This document shows positions 1 to 9,662 of a DNA stretch of 64,000 bases, piece by piece. The stretch is taken from the IMG/VR virus record IMGVR_UViG_3300042882_000881, positions 49,951 through 113,950 of that record. One strand, given 5' to 3'. How positions within the stretch are numbered: the stretch's first letter is position 1; each line of letters begins with the position of its first letter. The position numbers and the translations under genes are program-made. The notes beneath the pieces were generated by a model. That model had not been told where the DNA came from and did not search any database. It saw nothing but the letters and a program-made list of their open reading frames with translations. The DNA is from a virus.

Positions 1-2709
1 AAACAGCAAGTTCTTGTTAACCTATATGATACTGCTGGTCAACATGGTCCAGCATATGCACTATATACAACATACGAAGAATGGAAAGAAAAAGCTCATA
101 CTGGTTTTGCAGCAAGAATATTTGGATCTAGTCAACCCAATATAGCTCCTAGCGGACAACAATCTTCTCACGTTTGCGGAGATTGTATTCCTGAAAGTGG
201 ATCATCAGTATCTGAATGTGAAGAACTTTGTATAACATTTACTGAAAACGAAACTCCAGAGCAGGGCAGAGACGAGGTATCTTCATGTGCTTGCACAATG
301 GGATCCACAGAGTGTGGATGTCCAGACCCCAATTTGCCAAACTATGATATACTATTCTTAGAAGGATATGCTAGATTTATACATGCTACACTATTAGAAG
401 ATTTATATCCATCTGCTTGTGGAAATAAAACTACTTCTTTTAGTTCAAGCTGCCCATGTGGAACTGCTGCTGCAAATATAGATGGTGAATTATTCTACGG
501 CAATAGTCCAAATGGTCGTAAGCCAACATTCTATACATCATCAGGACAAACCGAATTTAGAATTTTTGATCCATTTCAAGATAGAGAATTCCATAGTCCA
601 TTTAAGGATTTAAAAGCAGGACATAGAGTTTTAGCAATTTTTAATGAAAAAGAGAAAAAATATTATATATATCAATCACAAACTTTAGATAAATTTATTA
701 AGTTTGCATTAATAGAAGATAAAAAAACTGTTAATCAAATTTGTACAAAAGCAATTAGAGTTGATAAATTTAATAGACCCATTAATTCTGATGGTAAATT
801 AATACTATCTGATAGTGAATTAGAAGCTCATAAAATTGTAGTTGTAGACCCAATAGCTGAAAAAGCCTCTTTATATCAACAGTCTCTAAATTTCTCTACT
901 TTAGGTCCAGCTCTAGGATCGTCAAAATATATAGATCATTATAATGGAGAAACTTTATATAGCTATAATAGAGGAAGTTATAGTGGTAGCATTATTAAAC
1001 CATTCACTGGCTATGCAAAATATAGAGATACTCCATGCTCAGATGATTGTGATAATTGTAGTGGACTATCTCCAAATTTACCATCTTATGATATAGTAAC
1101 ATTAGAAAATTTTGCTAATTTTATTGAGTTTGAAGCAGCAGAAGACATAATAGCCTGTAATGGTAAAGGTCCATTATGTTCATATTCACCACCACATTAT
1201 GCTGCTAATTTTTATCATTATTATGATGGTACAGTTCCTGTTGGTCGTAAGCATACAGAAGGATCTTATCATCATGATAGATTAGTTAATATTAATATAT
1301 ATGATGTTATACCAGACACTGAAGAATATAAAAAGCGTCCAAGTTATATTGTTGGTGAAATAGTAGGAAATCTCGGACAAGGCTGCAAAGGTATAGCAAA
1401 ATTAGATTCGAGAAAATCTACCACTGACGAATTAATATATAATATTGTTGATGCTCAAACACAAGCATTATTTGGTAAATTTAAAGTGCTTGATTGCACA
1501 GGGGCTGGACAATTAAATAATGAATGTGAAGCTTTTAATGACGTTCAATGTGATCCTAAGCACGTTAGACTATATTGGTTTGGCGGAGGTTTTGAATGGA
1601 GTGAAGACGATCCATTAACATGTGCTAGAAGAGGCAATGTTAAAATTATTAATAAGCATGAGTGGTGCGGCAAGTGGTATCATGAACCATCAAACCATAA
1701 TGGATCAGTTATTAATACTGATTTAGATGAATATTATATTGATGATGCTTATCCAATAGCAAATGTCAAATTTGGCACATACGATGGATGTGGTGTTCCA
1801 TCAGGATGTGAAGATGCTTGTGATTATCTGGATGGTATTCATCCAACCTGTTGTCACCCAACTAGTGAAAATTGCATAGGTCCATTCTTATCTTATTCTG
1901 GTGCTCAATATGTGGCACAATGGAATGAAGATTCTGCACAATACAATATAATAAATGCAGAAGAATCTCCAATTTTAATAGAAGGAACATTATTAAATAA
2001 TATTGGATGTTGTGTCGGGAATGCTGATGTTGAAGTATATGCAGCAACCAATAATGAGGATGGCTTAGAAGCAGAACCAATTAAAACGCTTGTACATAGT
2101 TGTGAAAATCCAAGAGGTTGGTGTGGTAATGCTGGAGATCAAATAGTAATACATAGAAGACAAGTTAATAACTGTTATACATATAAAGTATTGAGTATTG
2201 GTAAAGTATGTACTCCTGGAGCATCTGTTGAGAGCGGTAATTGTTTATTAGGACCAACAGAAACTCCTCATGAAATAGCCGGTTGTGATTATAGATATTT
2301 TAATGCTAGAATTGAATGTTTCCCAGGATTTGACGAGAGCATAACACAACAACTTATGCATGGAAAAGGCTTTGGTTTGATGTGGGAAAAGATTCAATCT
2401 TACCAAACAAGAGTAATTCATGGTTGCTGGAATGGATCATCAATTAGCGTACAAGGATTTTCTGGCTATGATGGTAAAGATAGTAATGGTAATTCTATTA
2501 TTGGTCAATCTATAGGAGTAACTAATCCAAATTCTTGCTGTAATTCTGAATGTGGAGAAGGTTCTGTATTTAGTGTTCCAGAAGGAGGAACAGCATGGGC
2601 CACAGCAACATATATGAATACTGCAAGCGGATGCTTTTGGACATTAACTAATGCTGAATGCTGTAATTCTTGCGCCTTCTCAGGATGTGATGAATGTGAA
2701 GAATGTTAA
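1..2709 (+). CDS. Large Cys-rich repeat protein, probably virion/tail-associated; 5' end lies outside the window
   Basis: The frame is open from base 1 (KQQVLVNLYD...) through the listed Met at 298. Internal repeat PNLPNYDILFLEGYARFI / PNLPSYDIVTLENFANFI; many CxC/CC clusters. Confidence 0.6.
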   Translation, partial: KQQVLVNLYDTAGQHGPAYALYTTYEEWKEKAHTGFAARIFGSSQPNIAPSGQQSSHVCGDCIPESGSSVSECEELCITFTENETPEQGRDEVSSCACTMGSTECGCPDPNLPNYDILFLEGYARFIHATLLEDLYPSACGNKTTSFSSSCPCGTAAANIDGELFYGNSPNGRKPTFYTSSGQTEFRIFDPFQDREFHSPFKDLKAGHRVLAIFNEKEKKYYIYQSQTLDKFIKFALIEDKKTVNQICTKAIRVDKFNRPINSDGKLILSDSELEAHKIVVVDPIAEKASLYQQSLNFSTLGPALGSSKYIDHYNGETLYSYNRGSYSGSIIKPFTGYAKYRDTPCSDDCDNCSGLSPNLPSYDIVTLENFANFIEFEAAEDIIACNGKGPLCSYSPPHYAANFYHYYDGTVPVGRKHTEGSYHHDRLVNINIYDVIPDTEEYKKRPSYIVGEIVGNLGQGCKGIAKLDSRKSTTDELIYNIVDAQTQALFGKFKVLDCTGAGQLNNECEAFNDVQCDPKHVRLYWFGGGFEWSEDDPLTCARRGNVKIINKHEWCGKWYHEPSNHNGSVINTDLDEYYIDDAYPIANVKFGTYDGCGVPSGCEDACDYLDGIHPTCCHPTSENCIGPFLSYSGAQYVAQWNEDSAQYNIINAEESPILIEGTLLNNIGCCVGNADVEVYAATNNEDGLEAEPIKTLVHSCENPRGWCGNAGDQIVIHRRQVNNCYTYKVLSIGKVCTPGASVESGNCLLGPTETPHEIAGCDYRYFNARIECFPGFDESITQQLMHGKGFGLMWEKIQSYQTRVIHGCWNGSSISVQGFSGYDGKDSNGNSIIGQSIGVTNPNSCCNSECGEGSVFSVPEGGTAWATATYMNTASGCFWTLTNAECCNSCAFSGCDECEEC

Positions 2710-2721
2710 TAGGACTATAAT

Positions 2722-3468
2722 ATGCCATCTCAATTAGGAAACTGTAACTGCTGTAAATGTGACGATTGTAGATGCAAGGTGATACTATATAAATGTGGAG
2801 GATCATGGGCCCCAGCTCCCACTGTTAAATGCGGCAGAAACAGCGTTAGTGGTCGATTTGTGTTTGAGAATTCTGCCGATTGCGGAGGCTGCAAGTGTTG
2901 TGTACAAGAAGGCTGCACAGTAAGTAAAATTTGTTTAGATAAAACATATGTTTTTAAATTTAGAGTATATGGTCATCTAGAAACATCTAGAGCCGGTATG
3001 CATATTGGAGAAATATATTATAGAAAAATATGCTGTAATGGAAAAAAGAAATCATGGAAAAGAGTAGTACATGTAGAATCTGAAGGAGGAGGACTTCCAT
3101 GTTGTAAGAGTAGACCAGTTGATGTTTGTAAAATAAAATTAGCTAGAGGAAAATATGAATTTAAATTTAAAGCTAATTCTGTAGATGGTTTGGATCATTG
3201 TGGCAATTTTTTACAATATGATGTTAAGTGGTGCAAAAATGTGATAGGTAAAAGTTGCTGTCCTACCTTACCAGGTATGGAAGAAGTATCAGATTTTTGT
3301 TGTTCTGTCACAAACAATCCATGTTGTCCTCCTCCTACATGTATACCATTAGGTAAATGCAATCAGGAGGATCCATCTTGCGATGAATGTCCTCCTGGCT
3401 GCGGCACAGATCCATGCGTAGCACACGGATGGATTATAATTCCATGTGACAGTGTTAATCTTGCTTAG
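2722..3468 (+). CDS. Cys-rich hypothetical protein
   Basis: 248-aa ORF with an AGGA RBS; CNCCKCDDCRC and CCPPPTC motifs flank a beta-rich core. Confidence 0.6.
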   Translation: MPSQLGNCNCCKCDDCRCKVILYKCGGSWAPAPTVKCGRNSVSGRFVFENSADCGGCKCCVQEGCTVSKICLDKTYVFKFRVYGHLETSRAGMHIGEIYYRKICCNGKKKSWKRVVHVESEGGGLPCCKSRPVDVCKIKLARGKYEFKFKANSVDGLDHCGNFLQYDVKWCKNVIGKSCCPTLPGMEEVSDFCCSVTNNPCCPPPTCIPLGKCNQEDPSCDECPPGCGTDPCVAHGWIIIPCDSVNLA

Positions 3469-3778
3469 GCGTATACTTGTGCCAGCCCTTATTTGATAGA
3501 TAGTTACCAGCATCATCCTTACGCTTTGGAAATAATGTTCCACCCTTCTTGTGCTGACCAAATCCTAATATTGCCCCACACTCAGCACATCTGAGTTCAA
3601 AGTAGTCATTTCCATCAACATTTCTAACAACAAACTTTAGATTTGTGCTTCCGCACATTCCACACTTTTCTTCTCCAAAGATTTCTTGTATAGAAGCTAA
3701 CTCTTTGAATAATTCCTTTTGGCCCGCGCCCTCTAATTCAAATTCTAATCTATCTCCAACTTTATATTTAACTTTCAT
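3455..3778 (-). CDS. Zn-ribbon protein
   Basis: CGMC...CAEC; AAGGAG RBS; directly downstream of the SSAP gene. Confidence 0.65.
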   Translation of the reverse strand: MKVKYKVGDRLEFELEGAGQKELFKELASIQEIFGEEKCGMCGSTNLKFVVRNVDGNDYFELRCAECGAILGFGQHKKGGTLFPKRKDDAGNYLSNKGWHKYTPKQD

Positions 3779-3788
3779 TATTTACTCC

Positions 3789-4502
3789 TTATTTCCACGA
3801 GGGGTTATATGACTTGACACTATCTGGTATAGTAGTCATATCTTGTTGATAAGCAGTTAATTTTTGCACTATTTCTACCGCTTTATCATGTTCTATAGTA
3901 TAAATCTTAGATGACTCTATATCCATACTATTTAATAGTTTAACAACATCAATGTCCAATCGTTTTGATATTACATCAATAAAATTAATTTGATTATTAT
4001 TAATCTTATTTATATTATGACCATTAATATCATCTTCAATATCTTTAGATAATTCTTCTGCAGCAACAACTTTTCTTAACTTTAATGCTCTTCTTAAAGC
4101 TCTTCCTTCTGCTCTTGTTTCTGCTACAGCAACAGGATGATTTCTATAAATCTTGTCACAGTTGCCCCAATAAACATCTGCTGCTCCACTCACAGTTCGC
4201 TTATTTAAAAGTGACTTGTCTTGATCGTCAGAATTTAAAATAAAGCCTAGTGTGTGAAGCACGGTGGCTCTCTTATCATTATTATTGTCCGGACTCTGAA
4301 CAACTTCGCTTGTGGACTCAACAACCGTACAATTTAGTGCAATTTCAAATATTCTTCTTAAGCCATCTGTTGTTGGATTACCGGCTATTTTTTCATCATC
4401 AGATAATAAACTTAGCACATGATCAGTCCATTCCAGACTATTAGGTGTTACAGTTTGAATATCTTTTTCTTCCACTTTTGTTTTTTTAACTGGCGCCATC
4501 AT
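3789..4502 (-). CDS. Rad52/Sak-like single-strand annealing protein
   Basis: SGAAD...AVAETRAEGRALRRAL...AAEE motif typical of phage SSAPs. Confidence 0.55.
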   Translation of the reverse strand: MMAPVKKTKVEEKDIQTVTPNSLEWTDHVLSLLSDDEKIAGNPTTDGLRRIFEIALNCTVVESTSEVVQSPDNNNDKRATVLHTLGFILNSDDQDKSLLNKRTVSGAADVYWGNCDKIYRNHPVAVAETRAEGRALRRALKLRKVVAAEELSKDIEDDINGHNINKINNNQINFIDVISKRLDIDVVKLLNSMDIESSKIYTIEHDKAVEIVQKLTAYQQDMTTIPDSVKSYNPSWK

Positions 4503-4508
4503 TTCTTC

Positions 4509-5702
4509 TTAGTCTCCATCTAAACTTGGGGTTACGTTTTGGTTATCAATTAAATCTAAACAATCTTCACAATTTTGTAAACTTTCATCAGAATCTAATT
4601 CGTATTGGCTATACCTAAATGGTATACAGAACCCAGCATTATGCCATTTTATAAAGTATACAGCTCCTAGTAGGTTAACATTTGTTACTGGTAAGTTAGC
4701 TGCCTTATTATCGCATGAGTAGTTATATTTATGTATTGGATCAGGATGAGTAGTTCGTCTTATGTTAGGCATCATTGTTTGGTGCCATAAGATTAGATCT
4801 GCATAATAATCATTAACTGCTACTGTATTCAAAAAGCTTGTGTATTGAGCATTTGTAACCAGTGTGGGCCTCATGTTAAATCCAACATTAACGTAGCCAT
4901 TTCCATAATTATCTGGTTGTATTCGTGGAACCTGAATAAAATCTTCTTCTTCACAAGGCTCAGAAGCTGATGGACAATAATCCTCATATCCAGTATCTAT
5001 TATAGGATGAAGACAGAAAAAAATACCTTTATCAGGACACTGTATGCAATAGGGATGGTAGTTTGGGTGGCCTCCTTCACAAGTTGTTGATCCCCACCTA
5101 AATCCTAATCTTGGACCTCTTGTATGTAAACCATCATGCTTAGGATATATGTCAGATCCTCTACCGTGACCAAATATTGCTCCAAACTCAAAAAATGTAT
5201 CACCAGGGAATAAAGCCCATTCTTGAACTCCAACCATTCCTATATCACCAATACCATATTTTGATGCTGATGATCCAGTTTCAATATTAGCAGTTACACA
5301 AGATTGTCCAGTTGGAGTTTCTAACAATCCTCTAAATGGATTTGTTCCAGATGGACATAATGATAGTTCTTGTTCTGATGCATACGTTCTACATCCCTGA
5401 CTATCTGTGTAATAAGCCCATGTTCCCTGACCAGGATTAGCATTATAGAATTCGTCTACAGTACCACCCTCTGGGACCTCCAAAGAAGAAGCAAAATTAT
5501 TCCATTCATATATAACTTCTATAAGATTCTGATTAGGTTTTTCTACTATAGAATAACCACCATAATAAAAAGCTTTCGTCAGCGTGTTAATATCTGGTAA
5601 AAAACACACATGAGAATGTGAACATTCTATACAAGGAAATCTTTCAGCATAACCTTCATCATTCCTGGGACATCCTCCACTATCTAAGGCTGGGTTTGCC
5701 AT
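4509..5702 (-). CDS. Cys-rich protein with a C-terminal FGE-sulfatase (SUMF1/EgtB)-like fragment
   Basis: VTNAQYTSFLN...PVTNVNLLGAVYFIKW matches the FGE motifs EVTNAQY..FLN and PV..VSW..A..F..W. Confidence 0.55.
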   Translation of the reverse strand: MANPALDSGGCPRNDEGYAERFPCIECSHSHVCFLPDINTLTKAFYYGGYSIVEKPNQNLIEVIYEWNNFASSLEVPEGGTVDEFYNANPGQGTWAYYTDSQGCRTYASEQELSLCPSGTNPFRGLLETPTGQSCVTANIETGSSASKYGIGDIGMVGVQEWALFPGDTFFEFGAIFGHGRGSDIYPKHDGLHTRGPRLGFRWGSTTCEGGHPNYHPYCIQCPDKGIFFCLHPIIDTGYEDYCPSASEPCEEEDFIQVPRIQPDNYGNGYVNVGFNMRPTLVTNAQYTSFLNTVAVNDYYADLILWHQTMMPNIRRTTHPDPIHKYNYSCDNKAANLPVTNVNLLGAVYFIKWHNAGFCIPFRYSQYELDSDESLQNCEDCLDLIDNQNVTPSLDGD

Positions 5703-5704
5703 AA

Positions 5705-6505
5705 TCAGTACTCCACAATATTTTTATTAGATTGCATATTTTTGATTAAAAAGGGCTTTATATTTTGATATAAAAGATACGCCCTAGTTTCTGAGAAATC
5801 ACAAGACTGCTTGACTCTTAATATTGATATTCCTTTTCCTATCAATAAACCTTCTTTTTTTAAGTCATATTTTTGATTTCTTGATAATGATTGATCGCCC
5901 CAAATATTCTCAAAATGAGATGGGCCGTCAACCTCTATCGCCAGATTTATATTAGGAAGAAACAGGTCAATCTGCAACTTGGTATTTGATAAGATATGTT
6001 CTTTGTGGAAATCTACCTTGTGTCCATCTTCTATCAGTTTTACCAACAAATATTTCTCTAATTTTGACCCTACCTTACTACTCTCTCTAACTGCTCTATT
6101 AGCTTTACTTATCATTTCTTGTTTTTCATCTTCACTTTTCTTATTCCAATTATCTCTGGCTTTTTCTTTCCTAGAGTCCAAATCCTCATCAGATAAATTT
6201 TTCCAATTTTCTAATATCGATAATCCTATTTTATGTTTAGTCTCCGATGATCTTTCTGTTCCTTTTGTTGGATGTTTATGTGTTCCAACTGATATAGCAT
6301 TAGATTGAGCCTCACTCTTTGATCGTACATTAACTCCTAATCTTTTAGCATCTCTTCTGATCTTGTTAGCATATGTACTATATTCTTTTGCTATAATCTG
6401 GAAGCTTTTCTTATTTTCAATATATTCTTTATTTATAATTTCTATTTTCTTATCATCAGATAAATTTTCATACATATGATAGTTCCTTTGTATAATTAAA
6501 AACAA
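5705..6505 (-). CDS. NUMOD3-like plus DUF559/Vsr-type endonuclease
   Basis: KGTERSSETKHKIG repeat region; IDLFLP...AIEVDGPSH...D..K. Start is probably 6475. Confidence 0.65.
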   Translation of the reverse strand: MFLIIQRNYHMYENLSDDKKIEIINKEYIENKKSFQIIAKEYSTYANKIRRDAKRLGVNVRSKSEAQSNAISVGTHKHPTKGTERSSETKHKIGLSILENWKNLSDEDLDSRKEKARDNWNKKSEDEKQEMISKANRAVRESSKVGSKLEKYLLVKLIEDGHKVDFHKEHILSNTKLQIDLFLPNINLAIEVDGPSHFENIWGDQSLSRNQKYDLKKEGLLIGKGISILRVKQSCDFSETRAYLLYQNIKPFLIKNMQSNKNIVEY

Positions 6506-6854
6506 TATTCATGAATTCAGTAGATATGTTACTAGGTATAATAACCTCATCAATATTTTGAATAAAGGATGAAAGTTGCTTATAACTGATATTATGATTG
6601 GGTGAGTTTGACATATAGTAGATTATCCTGTTATTCTTATCTTTTAGTCTTTCATATAAAGATAAATTATCAATCACGATATCATACCCTAAGTTATTAA
6701 CTTCGGTATAATGAAATCTTGGTAAATCATATTCGCCTTTTGAGGATAGATTGTCATATAGCAATATTATATTTTCATATTTTTCATTACAATAATTAAT
6801 TAGTTTATTATAATTATGATCGCAATAAATAGCTACTGTATTATTTTGAGGCAT
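6468..6854 (-). CDS. Hypothetical protein (glycosylation cluster)
   Basis: ORF overlapping its neighbours in an operon. Confidence 0.45.
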   Translation of the reverse strand: MPQNNTVAIYCDHNYNKLINYCNEKYENIILLYDNLSSKGEYDLPRFHYTEVNNLGYDIVIDNLSLYERLKDKNNRIIYYMSNSPNHNISYKQLSSFIQNIDEVIIPSNISTEFMNIVFNYTKELSYV

Positions 6855-7446
6855 TTGAAAAAAATAGTTCCATGTTATTAATTATAGCGTCACTATTCTC
6901 ATTCCATGAAATAGCGCCCCTTGGCTTGAATATGCCGTAGGTTTTATTATAGAAGCCACACAAGCTCTTTCCAATATTATTATCTATTAAGATCTTAGAG
7001 CTACCAACTATTATATCTGTTAAATCTCTACATGTTTTAATTTGTCCACAATATTGTACATGATTAAAGTTCTCAGATGATGCATTATAAAATCTAACGT
7101 ATGTATCATCATATTTGTATATTTTATTATTCACAACGTCAGGAGAATTAAAAAAAATACACGATATTATATTTTCAACCTTATGATCTTTTTTGGCCAT
7201 AGAGTTCGGTATTATAAAAGGAATATTATATTCGATAATTTTACTAGATATACTTTTAAGATTATAGTTATCTAATGATTCAAAAGCCTTATTTATCCAA
7301 ATAGTATCAGGATTAATACTATCATAATTATCATAGAATGATAGTTTTGGATTTGAAGAATAGAACTTAGTAGAACTATCTATTTGTGAGCACGATGATA
7401 AGCTTTCAATATTAAACTTATGATCATAAACTAAAATTTTGCGCAT
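6841..7446 (-). CDS. Hypothetical protein, possibly a diverged GT-B fragment
   Basis: ORF in operon; weak similarity only. Confidence 0.4.
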   Translation of the reverse strand: MRKILVYDHKFNIESLSSCSQIDSSTKFYSSNPKLSFYDNYDSINPDTIWINKAFESLDNYNLKSISSKIIEYNIPFIIPNSMAKKDHKVENIISCIFFNSPDVVNNKIYKYDDTYVRFYNASSENFNHVQYCGQIKTCRDLTDIIVGSSKILIDNNIGKSLCGFYNKTYGIFKPRGAISWNENSDAIINNMELFFSNASK

Positions 7447-8107
7447 AATATCTTTTTATTTTCTTAAGTGTATTGTTATTTTCAATATGTATTATGTTTT
7501 TAGGATTCTCTATATACTTTGATCTAAACTCTCCGCCAGATGAGATTATCTCATTAATAACTTCAAATATAAAAAAATTATCATTGATATCTATAGATTT
7601 TAAAATATCTAACTCAGACTTTGCTAATCCATAAATTCCACAGGTTTTATTTGGCAAGTTATAGAACAGGTTCTCTATGCTGTCGTTGTCGTTTAATATG
7701 CACCCAATATTATAGGTATTAGAATCATTATCATTTATAAATACCGTTGAACTGTCATAATCAAATCGATTGAAAATCTTGTGACTAAATAATATCTTAT
7801 TAAATAATATTAATACATAATCACTTTCTATATGTTGTAATGCTAGTTTTAAAGAGAAAGCGTTGTTCTTAATATCATATTGATTATTTTCTATAATATT
7901 TATATTTTTGCTCTCATATATTTTAGATGATTGAAATCCACCCACATATATAATATTATTAACATTTAATTTTTTCTTTAAATTATATACTTGACTATCA
8001 AGAATATTTTGATATTTGTTAATCTTAATATTCGAGAATGCTCCAAGAGATTTCATTCCTTTGATAGGCTTGGCACCTAAGATGATAATATCAACTAATT
8101 TCTTCAT
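7424..8107 (-). CDS. Diverged NTP-transferase (LicC/MobA-like nucleotidyltransferase fold)
   Basis: IIILGAKPIKGMKSLG, YVGGFQ, IENNQY...NNAFSLKLAL align with the IILAAG.G.RM, V.GY and N..Y..TN...SL motifs. Confidence 0.55.
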   Translation of the reverse strand: MKKLVDIIILGAKPIKGMKSLGAFSNIKINKYQNILDSQVYNLKKKLNVNNIIYVGGFQSSKIYESKNINIIENNQYDIKNNAFSLKLALQHIESDYVLILFNKILFSHKIFNRFDYDSSTVFINDNDSNTYNIGCILNDNDSIENLFYNLPNKTCGIYGLAKSELDILKSIDINDNFFIFEVINEIISSGGEFRSKYIENPKNIIHIENNNTLKKIKRYYAQNFSL

Positions 8108-8840
8108 ATTTGGTATGCATATCTTTGTTCGTTAATAGATTTGAATCATTCAGACTCTTCACATAGTTAAGTGTTAGATAAGAGAAAAATAAATTATCAT
8201 TAATATTAATACATCCAAAAGAATGTCCATTCTGTATATAAGAATTAATTTTTTCACTAAAATTATAATCTTTATACTGTGATGGATAAATTAAAAAGTA
8301 GAATCTATCCACCGGAGCACTTTTTATGATAGCTCTAACTCTATGATCAAAAGTCATTTCCTCGTCAATAAAGTTCTGTAGTCTCCAAGGAATCTTAAGA
8401 TCATTAAGTATTGGGGATATATCTTTTATTGAAGTACTATATGTTTTATATTTTTCTCTAATAACCATTATACCTTTTGGTTTAATCTTTTGATTTATTA
8501 AAGAATCTATTATTTTATTAAAATCATCCAAAGATGTACTTTCTTCAAAATATATAACGGCTATATACTTTAGCTCATTCTCTTGAACTACTAAACTTTT
8601 AGCATCATTGATAGAAGTTAAGTTTTTTTTATCATACCATTCCTTATTTCGTAAAGATAAACATCTCTTTTTATTTAATACAAAGAATTCTTGCGAATCA
8701 TCGTATACCTCAAGTACTTCAACACCCATATTTCTATAGTGTTCAATCTTATTTAATTCACAAGAAATTTGTGTTTTTCCATTATAAATAGCAAATACGC
8801 ATGACTTACATGGAGTATGAATAATATCAATTTTGGTCAC
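8091..8840 (-). CDS. Hypothetical protein with N-terminal CxxC and a GT-A-like remnant
   Basis: CKSCVFA; SLINQKIKP resembles SL..Q...P of GT2 enzymes. Confidence 0.4.
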   Translation of the reverse strand: MTKIDIIHTPCKSCVFAIYNGKTQISCELNKIEHYRNMGVEVLEVYDDSQEFFVLNKKRCLSLRNKEWYDKKNLTSINDAKSLVVQENELKYIAVIYFEESTSLDDFNKIIDSLINQKIKPKGIMVIREKYKTYSTSIKDISPILNDLKIPWRLQNFIDEEMTFDHRVRAIIKSAPVDRFYFLIYPSQYKDYNFSEKINSYIQNGHSFGCININDNLFFSYLTLNYVKSLNDSNLLTNKDMHTKYEEIS

Positions 8841-9255
8841 TTTGTAATCTCCCGCATTCTATATAATATAGTAGTCGATCTGTTTTTACAGTATTAACTT
8901 TATAGTTATTATCAACTAATAGTTTGATTACTTCAGATAATGGATATATTGTTTTATTCTTTATCAGTCCATTAAACTCTTTAAAATTAAAAAATTTATC
9001 AATATATAGCTCACAGATTTTATTTAGATCAACCCCAATCAATGATACTACTCCTTTTAACCTTAGCTTTGATAATAGAAGTTTTAATGTCTCATTTGGT
9101 TCATCCAATAATTCGATAGTGTTATATATATTAATACTCTCTATACTATGATCATTTAAGCTCTGTATATTAGATAATGATATTTTTTCAATATCTGGCT
9201 GATAATCTTTTATTGACTCATGTTGTATTTGATATTTCATATTAACGATCTCCAA
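8827..9255 (-). CDS. Truncated SAM-methyltransferase-like protein
   Basis: DHSIESI...IE...KLRLKGVV resembles the C-terminal half of class I MTases; no GxG motif. Confidence 0.4.
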   Translation of the reverse strand: MEIVNMKYQIQHESIKDYQPDIEKISLSNIQSLNDHSIESINIYNTIELLDEPNETLKLLLSKLRLKGVVSLIGVDLNKICELYIDKFFNFKEFNGLIKNKTIYPLSEVIKLLVDNNYKVNTVKTDRLLYYIECGRLQSDQN

Positions 9256-9662
9256 GTTTGTTTATCTTCTATGTCTATTAGTAAGTTGTGAGACTGGTTT
9301 GAATTTAAATATTCGTACTCGTTTAATGCCACGAATATGGACGTATAATTATTATTGTATAGCGAATATGTCGAGCTTAATTCTGTCCAATAAGATATTT
9401 CACTTCTGGCAACGCTGTGAGAAATATTATCTATGATAATTATATTAGACAAGAATCTTCTATAAAATCCGTCTATCTTATTTAGATTAGTTTGATCTGT
9501 AATAATACAATCAAAATTATTAAAAACCTGTAATCTATCTAGTATGGTCACATCATATGCGTCAAAGTGTTTTAATAATACGTTTGCATATTCTGTATCT
9601 AATAATATTTTTTTAGTTATATTTTTTGTAGCGCTTCTAATTAATGAATTAATTTTAGTCAT
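9237..9662 (-). CDS. Hypothetical protein
   Basis: ORF in operon. Confidence 0.45.
   Translation of the reverse strand: MTKINSLIRSATKNITKKILLDTEYANVLLKHFDAYDVTILDRLQVFNNFDCIITDQTNLNKIDGFYRRFLSNIIIIDNISHSVARSEISYWTELSSTYSLYNNNYTSIFVALNEYEYLNSNQSHNLLIDIEDKQTWRSLI

Noticed and set aside
4509-5702. Diversity-generating retroelement target (CLec/FGE fold)
   Set aside because: The variable C-terminal part of the fold is missing, and no reverse transcriptase or TR/VR pair is visible in the window.
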